Positions 55,080-62,365 of a stretch of 62,365 nt of DNA are shown in pieces. Positions within the stretch are counted from its first letter, which is position 1; each line of letters begins with the position of its first letter. A model generated the notes under the pieces. It was not told the origin of the DNA, did no database searches, and saw only the letters and a program-made list of their open reading frames with translations. The stretch spans positions 1-62,365 of the IMG/VR virus record IMGVR_UViG_3300012920_000037; one strand, given 5' to 3'. The DNA comes from a virus (taxonomy: Duplodnaviria > Caudoviricetes). The translations under genes and the position numbers were made by a program.

Positions 55080-56231
55080 ATGCCTAAATTCAATGGAAAC
55101 AACAGTTCAAAGACAATTAAGACTGCTTTTGAAAGAGCCAATTATAAACTGAATGGATTTAATGAATCAGAGATTCAAGTCGTTGATTTCAACTTCGCCG
55201 AGAAAACATTCTATGGAAGAGTGAATCGTCAACTCGATCCCGTGATTCCAAATCAAGAATTCATACGGAACTTTCATAATCAAGACTTTCGTATTGTGAA
55301 CTTTGTTGGAGACCAATTTAAAGAAATGTATGTGAGATACCAAACTGCTCTTGATCTTAGCTTGATTAATTCAGAGGACGCGAACCTATCAGAATTAAGT
55401 GTGATACGGGGCTGGGAAGATCCCGTTGGTCAATATTCTGGCTTTATGTCTCTATTTATGGACTCTTTCCTTGAGGAAATAATGATTCAAAACGAAAAGA
55501 AAATTAACTCATTCGAGTCGTTCCTTAAAGTTTTTGAAGCGCACATCCTAGATAACGACATATCTTCAAAAATCACTCTCTCAGGTTTCATGAAGTCTAG
55601 ACAGTCTTCTATCTTCAATACAGGCTTAGCGTTGCAACTAGCTCCTGTCGGATTTGCAAATGATTCTGCTAAAGAGAACGCTATCCTTAACTCTCCGAAC
55701 TATGCTTTCTTTATGAATATGGCCAAACAATTTGGATTTTCAGTCAATCTCCAAAATCCCAGCGTGCTGGTGTCTGACTTGGCTCATCCAACTACAACAA
55801 AATTTCGAAAAAGATATGAATTATTCACTGTCAATAGTGTATTTGAGAAGCAATATCACAGAACATATAATTTTGACTTTGATTTATTATCTAGTTATCT
55901 AATGGATACCTATAACTCATTTGTATATCTAAGACCTAATTTAAAAGAAGTATACATTTGTAACAATAAAACTAAATCAAAGATATCTAAAAGAAATAAT
56001 ATTGATAGTATAGATTATAATATTATATTATTATTATATATTAAAATAAGAAATATGGAAGAAATTTTTCCGTTTTCTCATTCTGAACTGAAATCAATAC
56101 ACAGTACCTCCGTAAGATTGTTTGATATCACACCAGAGAGAGCATTGGAATTCATCGAATCTCAGTTTCGAAGCAGATACAACACCAAGGAAGGGTCACT
56201 AACCTACTACAAAAAAAAGTTTCAAAAATAA
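55080..56231 (+). CDS. hypothetical protein
   Basis: 383-aa ORF at end of tail operon; FYGRVN, AKQFGF motifs. Confidence 0.75.
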   Translation: MPKFNGNNSSKTIKTAFERANYKLNGFNESEIQVVDFNFAEKTFYGRVNRQLDPVIPNQEFIRNFHNQDFRIVNFVGDQFKEMYVRYQTALDLSLINSEDANLSELSVIRGWEDPVGQYSGFMSLFMDSFLEEIMIQNEKKINSFESFLKVFEAHILDNDISSKITLSGFMKSRQSSIFNTGLALQLAPVGFANDSAKENAILNSPNYAFFMNMAKQFGFSVNLQNPSVLVSDLAHPTTTKFRKRYELFTVNSVFEKQYHRTYNFDFDLLSSYLMDTYNSFVYLRPNLKEVYICNNKTKSKISKRNNIDSIDYNIILLLYIKIRNMEEIFPFSHSELKSIHSTSVRLFDITPERALEFIESQFRSRYNTKEGSLTYYKKKFQK

Positions 56232-56232
56232 C

Positions 56233-56261
56233 TTGACAACCACATCTGAATATGTTATCTT
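56233..56261 (+). promoter_or_regulatory. sigma70-type early promoter
   Basis: TTGACA-17 bp-TATCTT, extended -10. Confidence 0.75.
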
Positions 56262-56308
56262 ATATTAACCGTCAAACTTATTATAACACATTTCGGAGGA
56301 CCCTGCAA

Positions 56309-57496
56309 ATGTTTTTTCAACTTTTAGATAATAAAATGGATTGTGCCGGCACGTACGTCGATGGACAGTTTATTTGGGAACGAATCCCTCAAGGAATATC
56401 CAAAACTTGGAGTTATTCCGATCACCTTCACGGCAGAGATATTGACTATGCTCAATTGCTAGTTGCCGGCAAGACACTCAGCCAAGTCTGTCCAGATCAT
56501 TTAATGGATCGATGGACTGAAGCGAACAATCTTTTGAAGAGTCATTACACGGCGATACACAAATCAAAAATAAATATTGATGATGTATGCTTTTATGATC
56601 TGATCCCTCAGAAACATCTTCAGCATTACTTCGATGCGAAGAATGAAATTACCAAATGGGTTTTCGACAATGTCGAGAAGCCTGAACACTACGGCTTGCT
56701 GAAGAGAGCCCAAGCCGCAGTCAAAGAGTTGAAGCAACATCCAGTGAACCTCAACTCTTTCGCAGTCTACGTCAGTAGTGCTGATTGCATGAAGGCGAAA
56801 CAACTTTATGATCAATTCGGCGAGACCACACCATATGTTGATTACGACATCTTTGGAACGGTCACAGGACGATTGACGACAAAGAAAGATTCATTTCCAA
56901 TTTTGAATCTCAAGAAAGAATTAAAAAAGCATGTTCGACCAAATAACGACGTATTTTTGGAACTTGATTTCAATGCTGCTGAAGTTCGAACAATGCTAGC
57001 ATTACAAAACCATGAACAACCAGAGGAGGATATACATGAGTGGAACATCAAAAACATTTTTAAACAAGATCTTAGCCGAGAAAAAGCTAAAGAAAAATTA
57101 TTTGCTTGGCTCTATAATGACGAGTCAAACGCAATCAAATCGAGCTTCTACGATCGGGAGAGCCTTAGAGAAAGATATTATGACGGAGAAAAGGTTCAAA
57201 CCCCTTTCGGCAGATCCATCGATGCTCCCTTTCGCAAGGCACTCAACTACCTATTGCAATCAAGCTCCTCGGACAACACCCTTGACCGATTTTGCAAAGT
57301 TTCTAACTTTCTTAAGTCAACGAGATCCCATGTTGCTTTCTTTGTTCATGATAGCGTTATCATCGACCTACACCAAGATGATCGGAGAATGATTCCTGAC
57401 TTAGTTGAAATGTTCTCAGATACAAGGCTAGGCAAATTCAAGGTTAATTGTTCCATCGGAAAAAACTTGGGAAGCATGAGAGAATTTTCATGGTAG
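56309..57496 (+). CDS. compact family A DNA polymerase-like protein
   Basis: TVTGRLT, motif A LDFNAAEVR, motif B REKAKEKLFAWLY, NYLLQS, motif C VHDS; start 56309 after GGAGG. Confidence 0.85.
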   Translation: MFFQLLDNKMDCAGTYVDGQFIWERIPQGISKTWSYSDHLHGRDIDYAQLLVAGKTLSQVCPDHLMDRWTEANNLLKSHYTAIHKSKINIDDVCFYDLIPQKHLQHYFDAKNEITKWVFDNVEKPEHYGLLKRAQAAVKELKQHPVNLNSFAVYVSSADCMKAKQLYDQFGETTPYVDYDIFGTVTGRLTTKKDSFPILNLKKELKKHVRPNNDVFLELDFNAAEVRTMLALQNHEQPEEDIHEWNIKNIFKQDLSREKAKEKLFAWLYNDESNAIKSSFYDRESLRERYYDGEKVQTPFGRSIDAPFRKALNYLLQSSSSDNTLDRFCKVSNFLKSTRSHVAFFVHDSVIIDLHQDDRRMIPDLVEMFSDTRLGKFKVNCSIGKNLGSMREFSW

Positions 57497-57693
57497 GAGA
57501 GCTTGTGATCCTCACAGACTGCGAGACAACTGGCTATGAAAACGGAATGATTGGAATAATTACCAAATCTGAGAGACTCGGACCACTATATACTATATAT
57601 TGGGTGCTTATGCCGGATGACACGGAAGTCCCAATGTGGGATAGCGAGTTTGAGGTTATAAGTGAAGGAAGGCGACCTGATAATAGTAGTTGA
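57490..57693 (+). CDS. small KOW/SH3-like hypothetical protein
   Basis: MVGELVIL..IGIIT..YWVL; start 57490. Confidence 0.65.
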   Translation: MVGELVILTDCETTGYENGMIGIITKSERLGPLYTIYWVLMPDDTEVPMWDSEFEVISEGRRPDNSS

Positions 57694-57880
57694 ATCACTC
57701 CCAGATTGGTACTGGCTTAATTGGACAACGGGGCATGTTGGAGTTATAGTCAAGAAGAGGGCGAACGTGATCAATACAAGAACTCCAATATGTGAAGTCT
57801 TTTTCTTCCACAGCGAAGAAGTCCACCCAGTCCCAGAAAACTTTATGAGAACATTGGTCGAGATAAATGAAGGAAGGTGA
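57662..57880 (+). CDS. small KOW/SH3-like hypothetical protein
   Basis: MKEGDLIIV..VGVIV..EVFF. Confidence 0.65.
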   Translation: MKEGDLIIVVESLPDWYWLNWTTGHVGVIVKKRANVINTRTPICEVFFFHSEEVHPVPENFMRTLVEINEGR

Positions 57881-58073
57881 CTTAATTATAATCACAAGAA
57901 GTCCTTGGGACACACGAGCACTGTTTGGATATAAAAATGGAGACGTTGCAATAATTCTTGAGGTGTTTCCATACCCAACTCAAATAAGTTTACCTTCACT
58001 AAGAGTTTTTATTTTTGCCTCTGAAAAAATAATCACAATACCATTAATATACGCAACAGATTTAGGAGATTAA
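57867..58073 (+). CDS. small KOW/SH3-like hypothetical protein
   Basis: MKEGDLIII..VAIIL..RVFI. Confidence 0.65.
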   Translation: MKEGDLIIITRSPWDTRALFGYKNGDVAIILEVFPYPTQISLPSLRVFIFASEKIITIPLIYATDLGD

Positions 58074-58074
58074 A

Positions 58075-58911
58075 ATGATTCTAGTTGGACTAGGAGAAGC
58101 AGGAAAGAATATTGCAGAACTTTTCAAGCCACACACCAAAAATTATAAAATAATAATTCTTGACGAAAACAACGGTATAGATAAAAAGACTTCCGTTGAA
58201 CAATACGATGAAGAGCCAATCAAATTTAAACAGAGAGGGCTCAAATCTCACGATGAAGCCATTCTGTTTGTTTGTGGGAGTGGTAAGATAGCCGGAGCCT
58301 CTCTGCGCGTCCTAGAGGCCCTGAAGGACTATAGAACGACTGTTTGTTATATCGTTCCTGACCTAGAATTCGCTAGTAAGATGGAACGTCGGAGACACAG
58401 AGTACATTTTGGGGTACTACAGGAGTACACCCGCTCAGGTATGCTACATGAGATGATTATTTTGGACAATAAAACGTTGTTTGGTACCGCTGGGCATGGA
58501 CCAGCATCGAACTACTACGAAAAAGTCAATTTTTTTATTTACAGTACCATTCAAAACTTGATGTACATGAAACACGTTGATCCTGTGTTTGGTAAGTTGC
58601 ACGAGAAGAAAGAAATCTCAAGAATATCAACTATCGGCGTTGGATCACTTGATGCAGATGATGAAAAGTTGATGTATGACCTGCAAAACATTACAGAGTC
58701 AACTTACATGATGAATGTAGATGAGGAAGATTTGGACAATGACCAAAATCTCATTCCAACTTGTCAACAAATTGTTCGAGAAAATAAAAACAAGGAACGA
58801 GAGACCTCATTCGCTATATGGCTGACTGATACCGACAATCACCTTTATTCCATGCACTACACCCACTTCATACAGGAAGAAAATAAAAATGCTTCCGGGA
58901 GTTCCGAATGA
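58075..58911 (+). CDS. divergent tubulin/FtsZ-like protein
   Basis: ILVGLGEAGKNIA N-terminal loop, CGSGKIAGAS in place of GGGTGSG, IILDN. Confidence 0.7.
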   Translation: MILVGLGEAGKNIAELFKPHTKNYKIIILDENNGIDKKTSVEQYDEEPIKFKQRGLKSHDEAILFVCGSGKIAGASLRVLEALKDYRTTVCYIVPDLEFASKMERRRHRVHFGVLQEYTRSGMLHEMIILDNKTLFGTAGHGPASNYYEKVNFFIYSTIQNLMYMKHVDPVFGKLHEKKEISRISTIGVGSLDADDEKLMYDLQNITESTYMMNVDEEDLDNDQNLIPTCQQIVRENKNKERETSFAIWLTDTDNHLYSMHYTHFIQEENKNASGSSE

Positions 58912-59132
58912 TATTTACTATAGACAGGGAGTTCGCTATGGATAGAATGAAAATTAAATCTGAAATAAATAAGTTATTGAGTATTGAAGAAGGTATCCTT
59001 CTCAAACTCGCATATGAGTCGAGTCATTGTTCCGAGGAGCAATTAAGATATGTATCTAAAAAGATTTTTGAAATAAGCGACATGATTCTCAGACTGAAGA
59101 GGGCACTACTCGAGTTTGATAATGAAAGGTGA
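58908..59132 (+). CDS. hypothetical protein
   Basis: short helical ORF in operon; start may be internal Met. Confidence 0.55.
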   Translation: MIFTIDREFAMDRMKIKSEINKLLSIEEGILLKLAYESSHCSEEQLRYVSKKIFEISDMILRLKRALLEFDNER

Positions 59133-59289
59133 TGAAATAGAAGTCGGAGACCGACTTGGACAAATTGTTAGAATCATCTTTACCGTCTTTTCTCGAACAA
59201 CGACAGTAATATTTTTTGACGGAACTAGAACAACAGTCGATCTCAACGAGTATGTTTGGGATAATGAAAAAAAAGTTTGGAAAAAATAA
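59122..59289 (+). CDS. 55-aa hypothetical protein (not in ORF track)
   Basis: MKGDEIEVGDRLGQIVRII...VWKK*, overlaps upstream stop, KOW-like start. Confidence 0.55.
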   Translation: MKGDEIEVGDRLGQIVRIIFTVFSRTTTVIFFDGTRTTVDLNEYVWDNEKKVWKK

Positions 59290-59298
59290 TCATTTTAC

Positions 59299-59327
59299 TT
59301 GACAACCCCTTTTGAATATGTTATAAT
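59299..59327 (+). promoter_or_regulatory. sigma70-type early promoter
   Basis: perfect TTGACA-17 bp-TATAAT, extended -10. Confidence 0.88.
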
Positions 59328-59355
59328 AATAGTATAAAGAAAAAGGAGGGATACA

Positions 59356-59433
59356 ATGGAAATTGTTCTTGGAACTACAATCTTTGTATTTGGCTTTACC
59401 TGGTTTTGGTATTGGCTTCATGAAAGATTTTAA
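59356..59433 (+). CDS. 25-aa single-pass membrane peptide (not in ORF track)
   Basis: MEIVLGTTIFVFGFTWFWYWLHERF*, AAGGAGG RBS, own promoter. Confidence 0.65.
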   Translation: MEIVLGTTIFVFGFTWFWYWLHERF

Positions 59434-59451
59434 AAAACTTTATAAAAATAC

Positions 59452-59480
59452 TTGACAAGGTATCAAAACTATGTTACAAT
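59452..59480 (+). promoter_or_regulatory. sigma70-type early promoter
   Basis: TTGACA-17 bp-TACAAT, extended -10. Confidence 0.85.
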
Positions 59481-59511
59481 ATATTAGTCAAACAACATTC
59501 TTGGAGGAATT

Positions 59512-59769
59512 ATGACAAACACAAATACTATGACCGTATATACTGCAACTTTCACTACTCAACGTGGAGAGCAACGATTAATGAATTTCGTTCGACCATC
59601 TGAGGCACCAAAAGATGTGTTTCCAACTTACTTTCGGACTCGAAATCTGCAGCCGGGCTATGAAACTGTATGGGATATTGATCGTCAACAATTCCGAACA
59701 TTCAATAATAATACCGTCATCGGATCTGTTGTTTCAAACAGCCGAAACGTAATGATTGAGTTGTTCTAA
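59512..59769 (+). CDS. small SH3-fold (WYL_2/DUF2693-like) protein
   Basis: FTTQRGEQRLM..VWDIDRQQFRTFN pattern. Confidence 0.6.
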   Translation: MTNTNTMTVYTATFTTQRGEQRLMNFVRPSEAPKDVFPTYFRTRNLQPGYETVWDIDRQQFRTFNNNTVIGSVVSNSRNVMIELF

Positions 59770-59790
59770 GTACCTTACGTTAGAAAGGCT

Positions 59791-59820
59791 TGCGCCCTGC
59801 CTGAAAAGGGCGCACTTTTT
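59791..59820 (+). terminator. rho-independent terminator
   Basis: TGCGCCCT-loop-AGGGCGCA then CTTTTT. Confidence 0.75.
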
Positions 59821-59873
59821 ACAAAACTCAAAATTCCCAAAATTTTTTTTTGACCATTTTTTGAGATTTTTAC

Positions 59874-59902
59874 TTGACAAACCATTTTGAATATGTTATA
59901 AT
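59874..59902 (+). promoter_or_regulatory. sigma70-type early promoter with A/T-tract upstream
   Basis: perfect TTGACA-17 bp-TATAAT, extended -10. Confidence 0.88.
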
Positions 59903-60002
59903 ATTATATAACGAAACGACTTTAATCGGGGGCGGGATGAAAAACTAGCCTGCCTACCTTAGTGATAACACACAAAAAAATAACCAACCTTAGGAGTAAA
60001 TT

Positions 60003-60776
60003 ATGGCTATTAATATAGAAGCAATGCGAGCGAAGCTCGAACAATCAAAGAACGGAAAGAAGGCATCTGGTAAGAATTCTACCATGTGGAAGCCCCAAGC
60101 TGGAGCGCAACACATTCGAATCCTCCCCACAGCAGATGGCGACCCGTTCCGTGAATTCCACTTTCACTACAATGTAGGAAAGAACCCTGGGATCTACTGT
60201 AACAAGCGAAATGATGGTGGCGAATGCCCTATCTGTGACTTCGCATCTAAACTTTGGCGAGAAGGTACTGAAACAGACGATCAAAACCTCAAGAACGAAG
60301 CTAAAAAATTATTCGCTCGAAAGCGATATTATTCACCGGTACTGGTTCGTGGAAGTGAATCGGAAGGTGTAAAAATCTGGGCTTATGGAAAGACTGCATA
60401 TGAAACCTTGTTGGGCTATGTGCTTGATCCTGATTATGGAGACATCACAGACCCTCAAACTGGTACAGATATTAAGTTAACTTACACACTTGCATCTGGA
60501 CCCGGCGCCTTCCCTAAAACCGCTCTACAACCTCGTCGTCGCCCATCCATTTTGTGCGATGATAGTGTTGGAAACTGCGAAGAGTTACTTGACTCTGTTC
60601 CAGTTATCGACAACCTGTTTGATGTTAAAACAGTTGATGAAGTGCGGGCTCTGCTGGATGGTTACCTGTCCTCCGACTCTTCAGCAGAAGCCTCTTCTTC
60701 AGAAACTCGAAGAGGAAAACAGCAAACAGGTCAGGATGTAGACAAAGCTTTTGCAGCGTTTATGAATGATGAATAA
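60003..60776 (+). CDS. single-stranded DNA-binding protein (T4 gp32-like)
   Basis: WKP..IRILP, HY, C..CPIC zinc site, GVKIWAYG, DITDP..GTD, acidic tail. Confidence 0.9.
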   Translation: MAINIEAMRAKLEQSKNGKKASGKNSTMWKPQAGAQHIRILPTADGDPFREFHFHYNVGKNPGIYCNKRNDGGECPICDFASKLWREGTETDDQNLKNEAKKLFARKRYYSPVLVRGSESEGVKIWAYGKTAYETLLGYVLDPDYGDITDPQTGTDIKLTYTLASGPGAFPKTALQPRRRPSILCDDSVGNCEELLDSVPVIDNLFDVKTVDEVRALLDGYLSSDSSAEASSSETRRGKQQTGQDVDKAFAAFMNDE

Positions 60777-60805
60777 GTCGTAGACCTCCTGTGTTGTAGG
60801 GAACC

Positions 60806-60846
60806 GCCGCTCGCCCTTGGTTATAAAGGAGCGGCTTTTATTTTTT
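60806..60846 (+). terminator. probable rho-independent terminator
   Basis: GCCGCTC...GAGCGGC stem then TTTTATTTTTT. Confidence 0.7.
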
Positions 60847-60929
60847 GACTTTATATGATTTATGGACAATTGGATTGTCCAAAAAATGCTTGATGGGTTT
60901 ATCAAGTAGCTATTAACAACGGAGTAGTT

Positions 60930-62087
60930 ATGAACGTAGCAAATAAAAAACAGTACACATCTGAAGTAACAGAGCAGTACAAAGAACAAACATCGGATCG
61001 CTCAATCAGATACACGATTGAAGAAAACATTGAAACGTATCCGGAGATTCTAAATGATTTTATAGAATGGAAATCAAAACAGAAAGTCTTAAGGATTATC
61101 CCCACTTTCAAATCAGTAATGCACGAAAACTTCCTATTTCCTCTTTTCGACATTCGAAATGCAGAAATCCGAGAAGACTGGGGACAAAGAAATGCTTTAC
61201 TAGAAGAAGGTCGCAAGGCAAAGATTCTAAGCATGGCTAAAAACTTCGACCCTAAATTGTTTGAACCAATTAGTGTTGATTACATCGCGTCACTCGATAT
61301 ATTTATTATCCGAGATGGCGGAGGAAGATCGCATGCCGCAATGATGAATGGAATTTTCCATGTACCAGCAATTGTTAGATATGTATCATCAGCTGATGAA
61401 AGTAGAAACCTATTCATGACCCAAGATAAGAACTCAGCAACGATTTCAAAGTACGATAAGTTTCTTCAGGACTTGGCGGATATCAATAGTGCTAGACACA
61501 ACAAAGCAGCAGATACATTTGCACTTGCTAAGTCATCTGGAATTAGTTTGCATAATAGCCACTCTAGTGTCGACACTCCATTGATTGAAGGTCTTGGAAT
61601 CCTTCAAAAGATGCTTGGAAAAGATATTTCCGGCGATCCAAAGGGAACCAAGTGGGGCCACCGATCCGGTTCAAACATTGTGAAAGCGATTGATGTAATT
61701 AAAGAAGTCTTTCCGAAAATAGAAGAGATACCAGTATCAACACTGTATGCACTCACTGCTTTTATCCACATGTCTCAGAACAGAATTCCATCAGGTAATC
61801 GTGGACATGAGAGACTAGTAGAATTTATAAGTCGAGTCAAGCAATCTGATTCAAAACTATCAGACTTAAACTCATGGGTTACGGTCCTCAAGTATGATTC
61901 TTCTAATAACTACGGAACTTATGGAACAGCAGCCTTAATGAGAAAATGGAACGAAGTTTTCAAGATGGCGAACAAAGGAAAGAAGGCGAAAGGCTTCTAC
62001 AAGTTTGTAACTTGGACAGACGTAGAGATTGATATCATAAGCAGAACGGTAATTCCTTTTGCTAGAGACGAGTCTCTTTACAAATAA
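60930..62087 (+). CDS. ParB/Srx-like N-terminal domain protein (DUF6551-like)
   Basis: WGQR, NFDPKLFEPISV, IIRDGGGRSHAA (DGxHR-like), E..LF motifs. Confidence 0.6.
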   Translation: MNVANKKQYTSEVTEQYKEQTSDRSIRYTIEENIETYPEILNDFIEWKSKQKVLRIIPTFKSVMHENFLFPLFDIRNAEIREDWGQRNALLEEGRKAKILSMAKNFDPKLFEPISVDYIASLDIFIIRDGGGRSHAAMMNGIFHVPAIVRYVSSADESRNLFMTQDKNSATISKYDKFLQDLADINSARHNKAADTFALAKSSGISLHNSHSSVDTPLIEGLGILQKMLGKDISGDPKGTKWGHRSGSNIVKAIDVIKEVFPKIEEIPVSTLYALTAFIHMSQNRIPSGNRGHERLVEFISRVKQSDSKLSDLNSWVTVLKYDSSNNYGTYGTAALMRKWNEVFKMANKGKKAKGFYKFVTWTDVEIDIISRTVIPFARDESLYK

Positions 62088-62154
62088 ATAAATAAACCGC
62101 AGGAAGGCACGGGTCACAGGTGCCTTATTAATTACTAATGCTATAGGAGCAAAA

Positions 62155-62298
62155 ATGACTACACTATTAATGACCCTACTCTTCGCATGCGGAGAGAAAG
62201 AGGAGGAAACAGATACAGCAATTGAAGAGATTGAAGAAGCTGTTGAAGAAACCCCTGAAGAAGAAGCTGAAGATACAGCGGCTTCCGAGGAGGAGTAA
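62155..62298 (+). CDS. 47-aa acidic lipoprotein (not in ORF track)
   Basis: MTTLLMTLLFACGEKEEETDTA..., lipobox LFAC, AGGAG RBS. Confidence 0.7.
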   Translation: MTTLLMTLLFACGEKEEETDTAIEEIEEAVEETPEEEAEDTAASEEE

Positions 62299-62365
62299 AT
62301 GACTAAGGCAGGAAAGATCGACATTAACTCGATGAAGAAATTCGTCAACAAAAAAGTTGGGCTAG
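62299..62365 (+). CDS. partial ORF at window edge, possibly RecA/UvsX-like recombinase N-terminus
   Basis: MTKAGKIDINSMKKFVNKKVGL..., GAGGAG RBS; product guessed from context near SSB only. Confidence 0.35.
   Translation, partial: MTKAGKIDINSMKKFVNKKVGL

Noticed and set aside
1-62365. CRISPR array, diversity-generating retroelement, integrase, transposase, intron or intein
   Set aside because: No regularly spaced repeat-spacer units, no reverse transcriptase or template/variable repeat pair, and no interrupted core genes seen by eye
1-62365. Stop-codon reassignment
   Set aside because: Core genes are full-length in the standard code and TAA, TAG and TGA all end genes

Overview
A 62 kb segment of a large lytic T4-like (myovirus) phage genome. 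Every credible gene is on the + strand. It holds a recombination and lysis region (RuvC-like fragment, primase, fused SbcD-SbcC, holin/spanin-like trio, tRNA-Ala), the head module (terminase, portal, prohead protease, scaffold, major capsid protein), a bS21 ribosomal protein gene, several fibre/decoration proteins, the neck, tail and baseplate module, and the start of a replication module (compact family A polymerase, degenerate tubulin/FtsZ, gp32-like SSB, ParB-like protein, probable RecA start). Two promoter classes are visible: nine near-identical sigma70-type promoters and a recurrent CTAWTTA motif before structural genes. The most striking unexplained structure is a set of about 12 otherwise unrelated accessory proteins that share one of two short N-terminal leaders (MKLTKETLKRIIKEEL-type and ESWRKFLNE-type). 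Most leaders end in a prohead-protease-like (L/I/M)xE|(S/A/G) site. The bodies include four GNAT-like paralogs, a 2H phosphoesterase, a Cys-His-Asp hydrolase and a possible RNase. I infer a modular capsid-addressing tag system that packages an enzyme payload for injection. A probable +1 programmed frameshift in the tail chaperone is also visible. All product calls come from motif recognition by eye; no database search was run.
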